From NCBI GenBank assembly GCA_030550235.1, contig JAUQPU010000001.1:65458-97457 (forward strand): a DNA stretch of 32,000 nt, in the 5' to 3' direction. The stretch is from Thermoproteota archaeon. GTDB lineage: Archaea; Thermoproteota; Nitrososphaeria_A; Caldarchaeales; Calditenuaceae. Below, piece by piece: positions 24,585 through 32,000 of the stretch. The translations under genes and the position numbers were made by a program. The notes beneath the pieces were generated by a model. The model was not told the origin of the DNA. It saw only the letters and a program-made list of their open reading frames with translations, and did not search any database. Positions within the stretch are counted from its first letter, which is position 1, and the number at the start of each line of letters is the position of its first letter.

Positions 24585-25846
24585 ATCCCCAGAGTTTGCA
24601 CTGCCAAAGCAACCCTCGAGACGGAGAGAACCATCACCGCATCCCTCGTACCCACCTCCATCTTCTTCATAGTGTCTACAACATCGCTGAATGCCTTCAC
24701 CATTTTCTCCTCAAGCATTTTCAGCACAGTGTCTCTCGGCCAGTGCTCTCTCTGAAGGTTCTGTATCCACTCGAAGTAACTTGCAGTTACGCCTCCAGCG
24801 TTGGCAAGTATGTCTGGCACGATGAAGACTTCTTTTTCCTGTAGGACGAGGGAGCCCTCGGTGGTTGTGGGTCCGTTTGCGCCCTCTGCAACTACCTTGG
24901 CCCGCACCTTCTCGGCAACCTCCTTCGTTATTACACCCTCAATGGCTGCTGGTATTAAGACTTCTACATTTAGCTCGAATAGTTCACGCTCACTTATCTG
25001 GGTGGCTCCAGGGAAGCCTAGAACAGTGCCTGTGCTCTTCTTATGAGATATCAGACGCTCAATGTTGAGGCCCTCTTTACTATAGACGGCTCCTTTTGAG
25101 TCGCTGACTGCTACTATCTTCGCTCCGAGGTTTGATAGATGAAGTGCAGCGTATGAACCTACGTTTCCGAATCCTTGGATGGCTATTCTTGCGCCTTTTA
25201 GGGGGATGCCTAGTAGCTTGCAAGCCTCTCTCGTGGTTATGCATACCCCAAACCCCGTCGCTTCTTCCCGCCCCTCACAGCCACCGAGGTAAACCGGCTT
25301 TCCTGTAACGACCTCCGGAACCTGCCTTCCCTTCAACTGGCTATAGGTATCCATAATCCATGCCATCACCCTCGCATCAGTGTAGACATCCGGAGCTGGT
25401 ATGTCGACGTATGGGCCGATTATGTCGCTTATCATGTGTGTATATCTCCGCGTTATCCTCTCGATTTCCTCAAGCGAGAGTGTCTTCGGATTACAGGCAA
25501 CCCCTCCTTTCGCTCCTCCGAATGGGAGTGAGAGGGCTGCGCACTTGTATGTCATCAGCATGGCTAATGCTGTCACCTCATCCAAGTCTACAGTGGGGTA
25601 ATACCTTATCCCACCTTTATACGGCCCGAGTGCGTCACTATGCTGAACACGATATCCAATATAGTTAGAAATTTTTCCATCCTTATGCTTTATCGGAATC
25701 GAGACTATAACTATGCGCTTAGGTATCTTAAGGAACTCGTATATGTCTTGCGGAATGTTGGCGAGCTCAACAGCCTTTTTGACCGATTTAAGCACAGTTT
25801 CAAGGAATGCTTTTCCACTAAGAACCTGACCATCTCCGCCGCTCAT
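24575..25846 (-). CDS. gdhA: Glutamate dehydrogenase
   Basis: LGPYKGGIRYYP, LPFGGAKGG and GFGNVGSYAA motifs. 423 aa. Confidence 0.96.
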   Translation of the reverse strand: MSGGDGQVLSGKAFLETVLKSVKKAVELANIPQDIYEFLKIPKRIVIVSIPIKHKDGKISNYIGYRVQHSDALGPYKGGIRYYPTVDLDEVTALAMLMTYKCAALSLPFGGAKGGVACNPKTLSLEEIERITRRYTHMISDIIGPYVDIPAPDVYTDARVMAWIMDTYSQLKGRQVPEVVTGKPVYLGGCEGREEATGFGVCITTREACKLLGIPLKGARIAIQGFGNVGSYAALHLSNLGAKIVAVSDSKGAVYSKEGLNIERLISHKKSTGTVLGFPGATQISERELFELNVEVLIPAAIEGVITKEVAEKVRAKVVAEGANGPTTTEGSLVLQEKEVFIVPDILANAGGVTASYFEWIQNLQREHWPRDTVLKMLEEKMVKAFSDVVDTMKKMEVGTRDAVMVLSVSRVALAVQTLGIWP

Positions 25847-25879
25847 GCGGTATCTAGCTGTGTTTACTAAACTATAAAA

Positions 25880-26980
25880 TTATTTGTTGTTTTTCGCGAT
25901 TTTAAAAATTCGAAACGGAGAATAAACCCTGTACTCATCAAAGTCATGACGTTGTATAAGCGCGTCCACCGCCAAATAGCCGAGTGCAGGCCCTCTCATT
26001 AGTCCATATCCACCAAGGCCGTCAATAATGAAGGCGTTATTTAGACTGGGAACATGCCCGAAAATCGGCATCCCATCACTTGTGAAGCTGCAGGGGCCAC
26101 GCATATGTTCAACTAATATTGGTTTTGAGGGGAGTTTCAGCCGTCTGAGAAGCAGTTTGATTGACATCTTTAAAGACTTGCTGGGAGGTTGTACGTCAGA
26201 TAAGTCAGGAGTCTCTGAGAACTCGGCATCGTATCTACCACCCACCAATGTGGAGCCCCAAGGACGCCAGTATGTGTGGAGATACTCGTCTGAGAAGCTC
26301 GGTATATTTAACTCTTGCCCGAGGTCTAATCTGTATGCGAAGCAGGTGAGCAAGAAGGTCTCCGTCTCTAAATTGGCGGAGCGTAGTAGTCCACTCGTCC
26401 ATGAGCCCATAGCCAGGACATAGTAGTCCGCGGAGACTCTGGAGCCGTCTGAGAGTTTAACATGCCTAACCTCACTGGAGCCAAAATCCAGCCCTACAGC
26501 CCCCACCTTCTCAACAATATCGACTTCCATCTCGTTTAATGCTTCTCTCAATTCGCAGCCTAAGATCTTTGGCTCGGCGGAGAGGTCTGACTTAGTGTAT
26601 ACCCCCATCAACTCAGGCTCGACAACGAACTCGGGCCATCTATCCAAAATCTCTTTACTGTCTAGAAGCTTGTATTCTATCCCGCATTTTTCCAGGGACT
26701 CCATGCTCTCTCTCAATGCATACTCCTTCCCGATCTGTAGGAAGCCCGTCTCCCTCCAAGACCTTCTCGTATATTTTTTGACAAGCTCTATGCTCTTTGC
26801 CACGAGCTTGACGTCTATAGGGGAGTCCAGCTGGACTGTAAACACTCCTGCAGACCTTGGAGAGGCGCCTCCGAATACTCCACGCTCATCTATGAGGACA
26901 GTCCGAAGCCCAAGCTCAGCGGCCCTCAGGGCGGAGAAACAACCCACCACCCCCCCGCCGAGAACCGCTATGTCATACAA
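25880..26980 (-). CDS. FAD-dependent oxidoreductase (DAO family: glycine/D-amino-acid/sarcosine oxidase-like)
   Basis: N-terminal YDIAVLGGGVVGCFSALRAAELG dinucleotide-binding motif. 366 aa. TTG start. Confidence 0.82.
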   Translation of the reverse strand: MYDIAVLGGGVVGCFSALRAAELGLRTVLIDERGVFGGASPRSAGVFTVQLDSPIDVKLVAKSIELVKKYTRRSWRETGFLQIGKEYALRESMESLEKCGIEYKLLDSKEILDRWPEFVVEPELMGVYTKSDLSAEPKILGCELREALNEMEVDIVEKVGAVGLDFGSSEVRHVKLSDGSRVSADYYVLAMGSWTSGLLRSANLETETFLLTCFAYRLDLGQELNIPSFSDEYLHTYWRPWGSTLVGGRYDAEFSETPDLSDVQPPSKSLKMSIKLLLRRLKLPSKPILVEHMRGPCSFTSDGMPIFGHVPSLNNAFIIDGLGGYGLMRGPALGYLAVDALIQRHDFDEYRVYSPFRIFKIAKNNK

Positions 26981-27061
26981 CCCTCTCGCCGGAAGACTCG
27001 GGTGGAAACCACTTAAAATACGTGTTTAAATTTATTGAGTAGAGTGGGGTTGCCTGTTTAA

Positions 27062-27664
27062 ATGGCGAGGGAGGTCCATATTGGGGGTAGGAGCTTTCTG
27101 CTTCTCGCCTGGGAGGATATTATGGAGCAGGTTGAGGAGCTGGCGGGAAAGATAGAGCGTAGCTACAGCCCTGACACTATCGTCGGCATTCTGAGGGGTG
27201 GCCTCTTCGTGGCCAATCTACTCTCCGACATTCTCGGAATAGATGAAGTTTACCCGCTTGGGCTTAGGAGCTATAGGGGGGTGGAAGATAGGGGTGAGGT
27301 CCATATTTACCATTGGCCTAAGCTCCCCCCGCTAGATAACCACTCGATTCTCCTCGTGGATGATGTCTCTGACGAGGGTAAGACTCTCTGGACGGCTCTG
27401 AATAAGATCTTGGCCCCTCTCTCTCCGGGGGACGTGAAGACTGCTGTACTGCATATTAAGCCATGGACCTCTTTCAAGCCCGACTACTATGTCGTGACGA
27501 CTAGCAGCTGGATTCTCTATCCCTGGAGTAGGTATGAGAGTTGGAGGATACTCTCTAGGGAGCAGGCTGGAATCCTAAGTGACGAGGCAGAGGCTGAGAG
27601 GCTGGTCACGCTTTTGGGAATCTCGAGGGAGAGGGCTAGGCGGCTTCAGAGGGAGTCTGAGTAA
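27062..27664 (+). CDS. Phosphoribosyltransferase (Gpt-like purine PRTase)
   Basis: PRPP-binding loop ILLVDDVSDEGKTL and a downstream WILYPWS motif. Confidence 0.78.
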   Translation: MAREVHIGGRSFLLLAWEDIMEQVEELAGKIERSYSPDTIVGILRGGLFVANLLSDILGIDEVYPLGLRSYRGVEDRGEVHIYHWPKLPPLDNHSILLVDDVSDEGKTLWTALNKILAPLSPGDVKTAVLHIKPWTSFKPDYYVVTTSSWILYPWSRYESWRILSREQAGILSDEAEAERLVTLLGISRERARRLQRESE

Positions 27665-27723
27665 ATCTCGATGACTTATCGTTGAAGGTAAATATCTTGG
27701 GGTTGGCACTCTAGCCCATAGAG

Positions 27724-29034
27724 TTGCAGAGGATATACGTTGAGAGCTATGGATGTGCGTCGAATCTTCAGGACGCTCAGATAATGATGGGCCTGCTTGA
27801 GAAGGCGGGCTACAAGATCGTCAACAACCCCCATGAGGCTGACCTAAACATCATCAACACATGCATAGTTAAGACACCGACTGAGCATAGAATGATTTAC
27901 AGGATCAAGAAGCTTCAGTCCTTCGGTAAGCCACTAGTGGTGGCTGGATGCATGGCTAAGGCTGAGCCGGAGGTCTTGGAGAAGATAGCGCCTAAGGCCT
28001 CGCTGGTCTCGCCGAACTCGGTCTCTAGGGTTGTGGAAGCCGTGTACGTGGCGTTGGGTGGTGGGAAAGGTGTCTTCCTCTCAGATGATGGCTGTGAGAA
28101 GCCCCTTCTCCCACATGTTAGGCTGAATAGTGTGGTCGAGATCGTCGAGATTAGCTCTGGCTGCCTGTCCGTCTGCACCTTCTGCCAGACTAAGCTGGCG
28201 AGGGGAGATCTTGTCAGCTATAGACCCGAGATTATTAGGGAGGCGGTGGCCCGAGCCGTCGGGGAGGGATGCAGGGAGATCTGGCTAACCTCCCAGGACT
28301 GTTCGGCCTACGGCAGAGACATAGGCGTGGACATCACGCTACTCCTACGCTCAATACTTGAGCACCAGCCAGGAAAGTATTTCATAAGGGTTGGGATGAT
28401 GAACCCTCTCCACTTCAGGAAACTTGAACTGAAACGTCTAGTTAACGCTTACGGTGACCCAAGGGTCTTCAAATTCCTCCATCTCTGTGTACAGAGTGGG
28501 AGTAATAGGGTTCTTAGGGATATGAGGAGAGGATATTCTGTCTCTGATTTCGAGAAATTTGTCGAAGCATTCAGGAAGGCCTACCCAGACCTCACGCTAA
28601 TGACCGATATCATAGTAGGCTATCCGACTGAGGATTGGAGTGACTTCGAGGAGACGCTTAAGCTTGTCGAGAGAGTTATGCCTGATTTTGCGAATATCTC
28701 TCGCTTCTACGCTAGGCCACATACAGAGGCCGCAAAACTAGAACCGCTCCCACCCGGAGAGCTGAATAAGAGGAGCAGAATCCTTACGAGGATCTGCAAC
28801 GAGATATCACTCTCCAAAAACGAGAGGTGGGTTGGGTGGAGAGGAGAGGTTCTTATCGACGAGATCGGTGGGAGGGGGGAGGCAGTAGGTAGGAACTATG
28901 CGTACCGACCCATAGCCTTCCCGGGAGAGAAGGGCATAAAGCTTCTTGGAAAGTTTGTGGAAGCAGAGGTGGTGGGGGCGCGGAGCCACTGCCTAATCGG
29001 GGAGGTTAGGAGAGTTTTAGATCAGCCTATGTAG
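27724..29034 (+). CDS. Radical-SAM methylthiotransferase, archaeal MtaB/CDKAL1-like (ms2t6A37 formation)
   Basis: UPF0004 N-domain (IYVESYGCASNLQDAQIM), radical SAM cluster CLSVCTFC, and a C-terminal TRAM-like domain. TTG start. Confidence 0.88.
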   Translation: MQRIYVESYGCASNLQDAQIMMGLLEKAGYKIVNNPHEADLNIINTCIVKTPTEHRMIYRIKKLQSFGKPLVVAGCMAKAEPEVLEKIAPKASLVSPNSVSRVVEAVYVALGGGKGVFLSDDGCEKPLLPHVRLNSVVEIVEISSGCLSVCTFCQTKLARGDLVSYRPEIIREAVARAVGEGCREIWLTSQDCSAYGRDIGVDITLLLRSILEHQPGKYFIRVGMMNPLHFRKLELKRLVNAYGDPRVFKFLHLCVQSGSNRVLRDMRRGYSVSDFEKFVEAFRKAYPDLTLMTDIIVGYPTEDWSDFEETLKLVERVMPDFANISRFYARPHTEAAKLEPLPPGELNKRSRILTRICNEISLSKNERWVGWRGEVLIDEIGGRGEAVGRNYAYRPIAFPGEKGIKLLGKFVEAEVVGARSHCLIGEVRRVLDQPM

Positions 29035-29504
29035 CTTAGATGCTCTGTATCGAAGTCCTTTACAAGGATTGGGTCTCTCGCCCTCCCAAGATAGATATTC
29101 TGGACCAACTCCCTGCCGGTGCCTAGCTCGCCGCTAGCAAGTTTGGAGGCAATGTGGTCAGGGGTAAAGTATTCCTGTACCAAAGCTCTGACAAGCCTCC
29201 TTACCTCAAGCTCGTCTAGGACACCTAGGCTGTGAAGATATTCGTGAAGCAGAACCACGAACACGTAAGAGTTAGACTCAGCCCGCGTCTTCCCTACCAT
29301 CCACTGCTCAAGGTGCCGCCTATTCAACACTATGGCGTTTGATCCCACCTCATGGTATGCCAGTATCCCAGGAGGAGCATCAGCAATTATCAGCATCAGC
29401 CCAGCCCGTCTAATCCCCAACTTCTCCTCAACAACCCGCTTCACAATACGGAGAATAGAGTTATAGTCCTGGGCACTCTCAACTTCATCGACTATTGAAT
29501 TCAC
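29022..29504 (-). CDS. Small putative zinc metalloprotease with an HExxH motif (SprT/WLM-like minimal architecture)
   Basis: LAYHEVGSNAIVLNRRHL...YVFVVLLHEYLHSLG. This places 'I-x-L-N' about 30 aa before HEYLH, as in minimal gluzincin/SprT-like proteins. GTG start. Overlaps the mtaB-like 3' end by 13 nt in convergent orientation. Confidence 0.55.
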   Translation of the reverse strand: MNSIVDEVESAQDYNSILRIVKRVVEEKLGIRRAGLMLIIADAPPGILAYHEVGSNAIVLNRRHLEQWMVGKTRAESNSYVFVVLLHEYLHSLGVLDELEVRRLVRALVQEYFTPDHIASKLASGELGTGRELVQNIYLGRARDPILVKDFDTEHLSYIG

Positions 29505-29595
29505 TCCAGATAAGCTATTGTCCTTCGAGTATAAAGCCCTTCACTAATAACAATGCGTGAATGTGGATTGTGAGATGCGCGTCTCCAATCTATAC

Positions 29596-29603
29596 TTATA
29601 TAA
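29596..29603 (+). promoter_or_regulatory. TATA-like box for the UPF0147 gene
   Basis: TTATATAA ends 33 nt upstream of ATG 29636. Confidence 0.4.
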
Positions 29604-29635
29604 TGGGACCGTCTGATGCCTGATAGTGTTGAGAC

Positions 29636-29911
29636 ATGTCTGGCTCATCCTGGGAGGAGAAGCGCCAGAGGATTGTCCAAATCCTCGAGGCGGTAGCCAA
29701 TGACATGACTATGCCCAGGAATGTGAGGAGAACGGTTAAAGAAGTCTCCCAGGAGCTTTTCAACGAGAAGTATTCACCTGCTGTAAGGGCTGCCAATGCT
29801 ATAGAGAAGATAGAGGAGATTATATCCGACAGCAATATACCAAGTTTCGCTAGGACTCAGCTATGGCTGGCTATCTCGCTTCTTGAGACGATTAAGTCGG
29901 GGCAGGTTTAG
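29636..29911 (+). CDS. UPF0147 family protein
   Basis: ILEAVANDMTMPRNVRRTVKEV...SPAVRAANAIEKIEEIISDSNIPSFARTQLWLAISLLETI matches the remembered UPF0147 pattern (D..vPRNIRr ... vRaa.ai..L.ei..D.N.p...Rt.iW...s.LE). Confidence 0.8.
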   Translation: MSGSSWEEKRQRIVQILEAVANDMTMPRNVRRTVKEVSQELFNEKYSPAVRAANAIEKIEEIISDSNIPSFARTQLWLAISLLETIKSGQV

Positions 29912-30092
29912 AGCCAGCTCCTAGTAAGGCGGATAGGATTAGGGGAATGGTTGAGAGTAGGGCTGCAGTTACACCCATGTAGATATAGAGCCTCTCTCCT
30001 ATTAAGTATCCGCCAATCATCAAGCCTACACCAAGACCTAAGATGCCGAAGAACAGAAGTAAAAGAGAGCTACCGGTCGCTGTCATATCCAT
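29892..30092 (-). CDS. Small 2-TM membrane protein (66 aa)
   Basis: Two clear hydrophobic helices. Co-directional with the FKBP gene and 27 nt downstream of it. No recognised family. Confidence 0.4.
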   Translation of the reverse strand: MDMTATGSSLLLLFFGILGLGVGLMIGGYLIGERLYIYMGVTAALLSTIPLILSALLGAGSKPAPT

Positions 30093-30119
30093 CGGTTGAG
30101 GAATCGATATAGCTTAGCA

Positions 30120-30863
30120 TTAAATTTTTCCCTCCTCTTTCAAGAACTCGTCAATGAAAATGACTTTCTCGACACCTTCAATATTCTCGAATATTTCCCT
30201 AGCTATAGATTGCTTTACCAGCTGTATCCCTGAAACTGTGCGGCTTTCTTTGGGTAGTTTTATCAAGATTTCAGGCCTCCTCACATCCGCCTCTGTGTTC
30301 TCTTCTGTCGCCTCTGGGAGAAGCATCCTCACAATTCCTAGGACCTTGTCCCTGTCCTCCGTCAAGATTCTCCTTAACCAGAGCTCAGAGATTAGCGTTT
30401 TTCCGGCGAGCTTGTGGTTGAAGTCGACCTGAACCCTTCCCGACTCTATGTTTCTGATGTATCCCTCACGTCCATCCACTATTACACGCATCCCAGGCGT
30501 AAGCGGCTGGTCAACATCCTTGAACCTCCTAAGGGGTATGATCCTGACTTTAGCGGGGTCTCTGGGGCCGAAGGCCTTCTCCGGGGGTAGCTCCAGAACT
30601 TTATGCTCAGAGACCTTCATGTCTATTAGCGCCTCCTCAATTGGCTTGAGTAGGTAACCTTTACCTACTATCGTCAGCCTAGGCCTGAAGGTTCCACCGG
30701 TCCAGCCGGCCTTCCTCGCCTCCTCTTCGATGGTAGAGTCCACCAACTCGCCTGTGTCCTTCACCCTAATAGTGAGGTCTAGCTCGACGAAACTACCGGG
30801 CACAACCTTAAGCTCTTCAGCCTGAGCCTGAGGCTCGGCGCCGCTCTTCTCCTCCCCACTCAT
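30120..30863 (-). CDS. Long-type archaeal FKBP peptidyl-prolyl cis-trans isomerase (FKBP26-like, with IF and C-terminal domains)
   Basis: LELPPEKAFGPRDPAKVRIIPLRRF...GREGYIRNIESGRVQVDFNHKLAGKTL is collinear with remembered M. jannaschii FKBP26. I place the start at ATG 30863. The track start at 30887 is a TTG that sits inside the TATA box. Confidence 0.9.
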   Translation of the reverse strand: MSGEEKSGAEPQAQAEELKVVPGSFVELDLTIRVKDTGELVDSTIEEEARKAGWTGGTFRPRLTIVGKGYLLKPIEEALIDMKVSEHKVLELPPEKAFGPRDPAKVRIIPLRRFKDVDQPLTPGMRVIVDGREGYIRNIESGRVQVDFNHKLAGKTLISELWLRRILTEDRDKVLGIVRMLLPEATEENTEADVRRPEILIKLPKESRTVSGIQLVKQSIAREIFENIEGVEKVIFIDEFLKEEGKI

Positions 30864-30888
30864 ACCAAGCCTAGTTGAAGCGTCCAAA

Positions 30889-30896
30889 TTTAAATT
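30889..30896 (-). promoter_or_regulatory. TATA-like box for the FKBP gene
   Basis: TTTAAATT is centred about 28 nt upstream of ATG 30863, which implies a leaderless transcript. Confidence 0.4.
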
Positions 30897-30949
30897 AGAT
30901 GGCTGGGAGGAGAGTGCTTAAAAATATCTGAGGGGGTTGGAAGGCCTGG

Positions 30950-31987
30950 TCAGCGGGTCTGCTGGAAGTATGGGAGGATGCTCTCCCTGTAGAACTTTAT
31001 GAATTTTCTATGGTCTGGACTTATGTCTACTATCTCTATGTGATTAAAGCCCAGCTCAGCGAGTTTTGAGTATCTCTCGATATGGTCTTCGGGTTTAGGA
31101 GATACTATCCACCGCTCCCTAATCAGTTCATCACGAATCATGTTTCCATATTTTTCTATCTCCCTTGGATCTGAGACATTGGCTCTAAAGATTAGTGGGA
31201 GTAGGGTGGCGGCGAACGGTCTGCATGTGTTAAGGGCCTTCTCCTCGTCCTCGTCATAGGAGCATATAACCTCGCATACTGTGCTAACCTTGGCTTGGGC
31301 CTGCCCCGCGTCTGCCAGTCCACGCCTATAGCTCCTCAGAACGTTCTCCCTTATCCAGTCCATGCCGAGGCCAGCAAGGGTTATGAGCCCCACACCCAGC
31401 TTGCCTGCCAGATACGCGGTTGACTGGCCGCTGGCGGCTATAAAGATAGGGATGCTTGTCTTGCTGAGCGTATAGAGCTTGGCCCCTCTAAGCCTGTAGT
31501 ATTTTCCGCGGAAGTTCACGAAGCCTCCGCGCCATAGGAGCCTGATGAGCTGTACAGCCTCCTCAAGCCTCTCAAGCCTCTCCCTAAAACTCGGCCACCC
31601 ACACCCAGCCGGGACCTCGTTAAGAGCCTCGCCAGTCCCAAGCCCTAATATAACCCGGCCGGGATAGAGGTAGTCCATAGTCGCGAATGCTTGAGCAACA
31701 ATTGCGGGGTTGTATCTGAGGATGGGCGCGGTGACGGCTGTGCCGAGCCTGATCTTGCTTGTCCTCTCTGCTGTCGCTGAAAGTATCGACCATGCAAAGC
31801 TGCAGTAGGCCCCACCGTCAAACCAGGGGTGGAAGTGGTCGCTAATCCACCCGATAGTGAAGCCTGCATCCTCAGCCATGAATAGGCCCTCTATAATCCT
31901 CTCAGGGCTAAACCACTCGGGCAGAACATGGTATCCGAAGTCAACCACAAGTAGATTCATACGAGCCGCGCCCAAAAATATTTCCAT
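30950..31987 (-). CDS. LLM-class (luciferase-like) oxidoreductase of the F420-dependent G6PDH-like subfamily
   Basis: GWISDHFHPWF, LGTAVTAPILRYNPAIVAQAFATMDYLYPGRVILGLGTGEALNE and FRGKYY motifs. Start is ATG 31987 or ATG 31960 (MNLLVVDFGY). Confidence 0.86.
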   Translation of the reverse strand: MEIFLGAARMNLLVVDFGYHVLPEWFSPERIIEGLFMAEDAGFTIGWISDHFHPWFDGGAYCSFAWSILSATAERTSKIRLGTAVTAPILRYNPAIVAQAFATMDYLYPGRVILGLGTGEALNEVPAGCGWPSFRERLERLEEAVQLIRLLWRGGFVNFRGKYYRLRGAKLYTLSKTSIPIFIAASGQSTAYLAGKLGVGLITLAGLGMDWIRENVLRSYRRGLADAGQAQAKVSTVCEVICSYDEDEEKALNTCRPFAATLLPLIFRANVSDPREIEKYGNMIRDELIRERWIVSPKPEDHIERYSKLAELGFNHIEIVDISPDHRKFIKFYRESILPYFQQTR

Positions 31988-32000
31988 ACCCCCTCTTTCT

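Noticed and set aside
26595-27029. 144-aa plus-strand ORF inside the FAD oxidoreductase gene
   Set aside because: Antisense shadow ORF with Ser/Pro/Thr-rich composition. The minus-strand gene has the canonical GxGxxG N-terminus.
29596-29835. 79-aa minus-strand hydrophobic ORF
   Set aside because: It lies opposite the UPF0147 gene, whose translation matches a conserved family and which has a well-placed TATA box. The two cannot reasonably both be coding.
1-32000. CRISPR arrays, rRNA genes, tRNA genes, prophage or integrase modules
   Set aside because: Visual scanning of the few non-coding gaps (all 262 nt or shorter) found no regularly spaced direct repeats, no T-arm/anticodon-arm tRNA structures and no rRNA-like stretches. 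The only mobile-element trace is the IS110-like remnant. A computational scan (tRNAscan-SE, Infernal, a CRISPR finder) is still needed to confirm this.

Overview
This is a gene-dense archaeal chromosomal window that looks like Thermoproteota/TACK (a Thermoproteales-, Thermofilum- or Korarchaeia-like lineage). I support about 37 protein genes. I found no rRNA, tRNA or CRISPR array.

General organisation: neighbouring genes often overlap by 4-30 nt. TTG and GTG starts are common. AT-rich TATA-like boxes sit about 25-33 nt upstream of many starts, which suggests leaderless or short-leader mRNAs.

Housekeeping genes:
- Translation: EF-1alpha, ribosomal proteins uS7 and uS10, a full-length ThrRS with its editing domain, and an AlaX editing protein.
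- tRNA modification: Sua5 (t6A), TrmI, and an MtaB/CDKAL1-like methylthiotransferase.
- Other: archaeal adenylate kinase, an archaeal histone, glutamate dehydrogenase, PGI/PMI, a long-type FKBP, an F420/LLM oxidoreductase, a CDP-alcohol phosphatidyltransferase and an A24 prepilin-type peptidase.

Most notable content:
1. An N-glycosylation island. An aglH (Alg7-like) operon carries two uncharacterised partners. It is divergently paired with a DUF354 GT-B protein and sits next to a type-I membrane protein whose ectodomain looks like eukaryotic ribophorin I/OST1.
2. Crenactin, preceded by a zinc-ribbon/Pro-rich/coiled-coil protein in the arcadin-2 position.
3. A translationally coupled herA-nurA pair with no mre11/rad50 beside it.
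4. A decayed IS110-like transposase lying next to an rps10 gene that is inverted relative to rps7-tuf.
5. A candidate C/D-box sRNA with its own TATA box.

All family assignments come from reading the translations and recalling family motifs. No searches were run.
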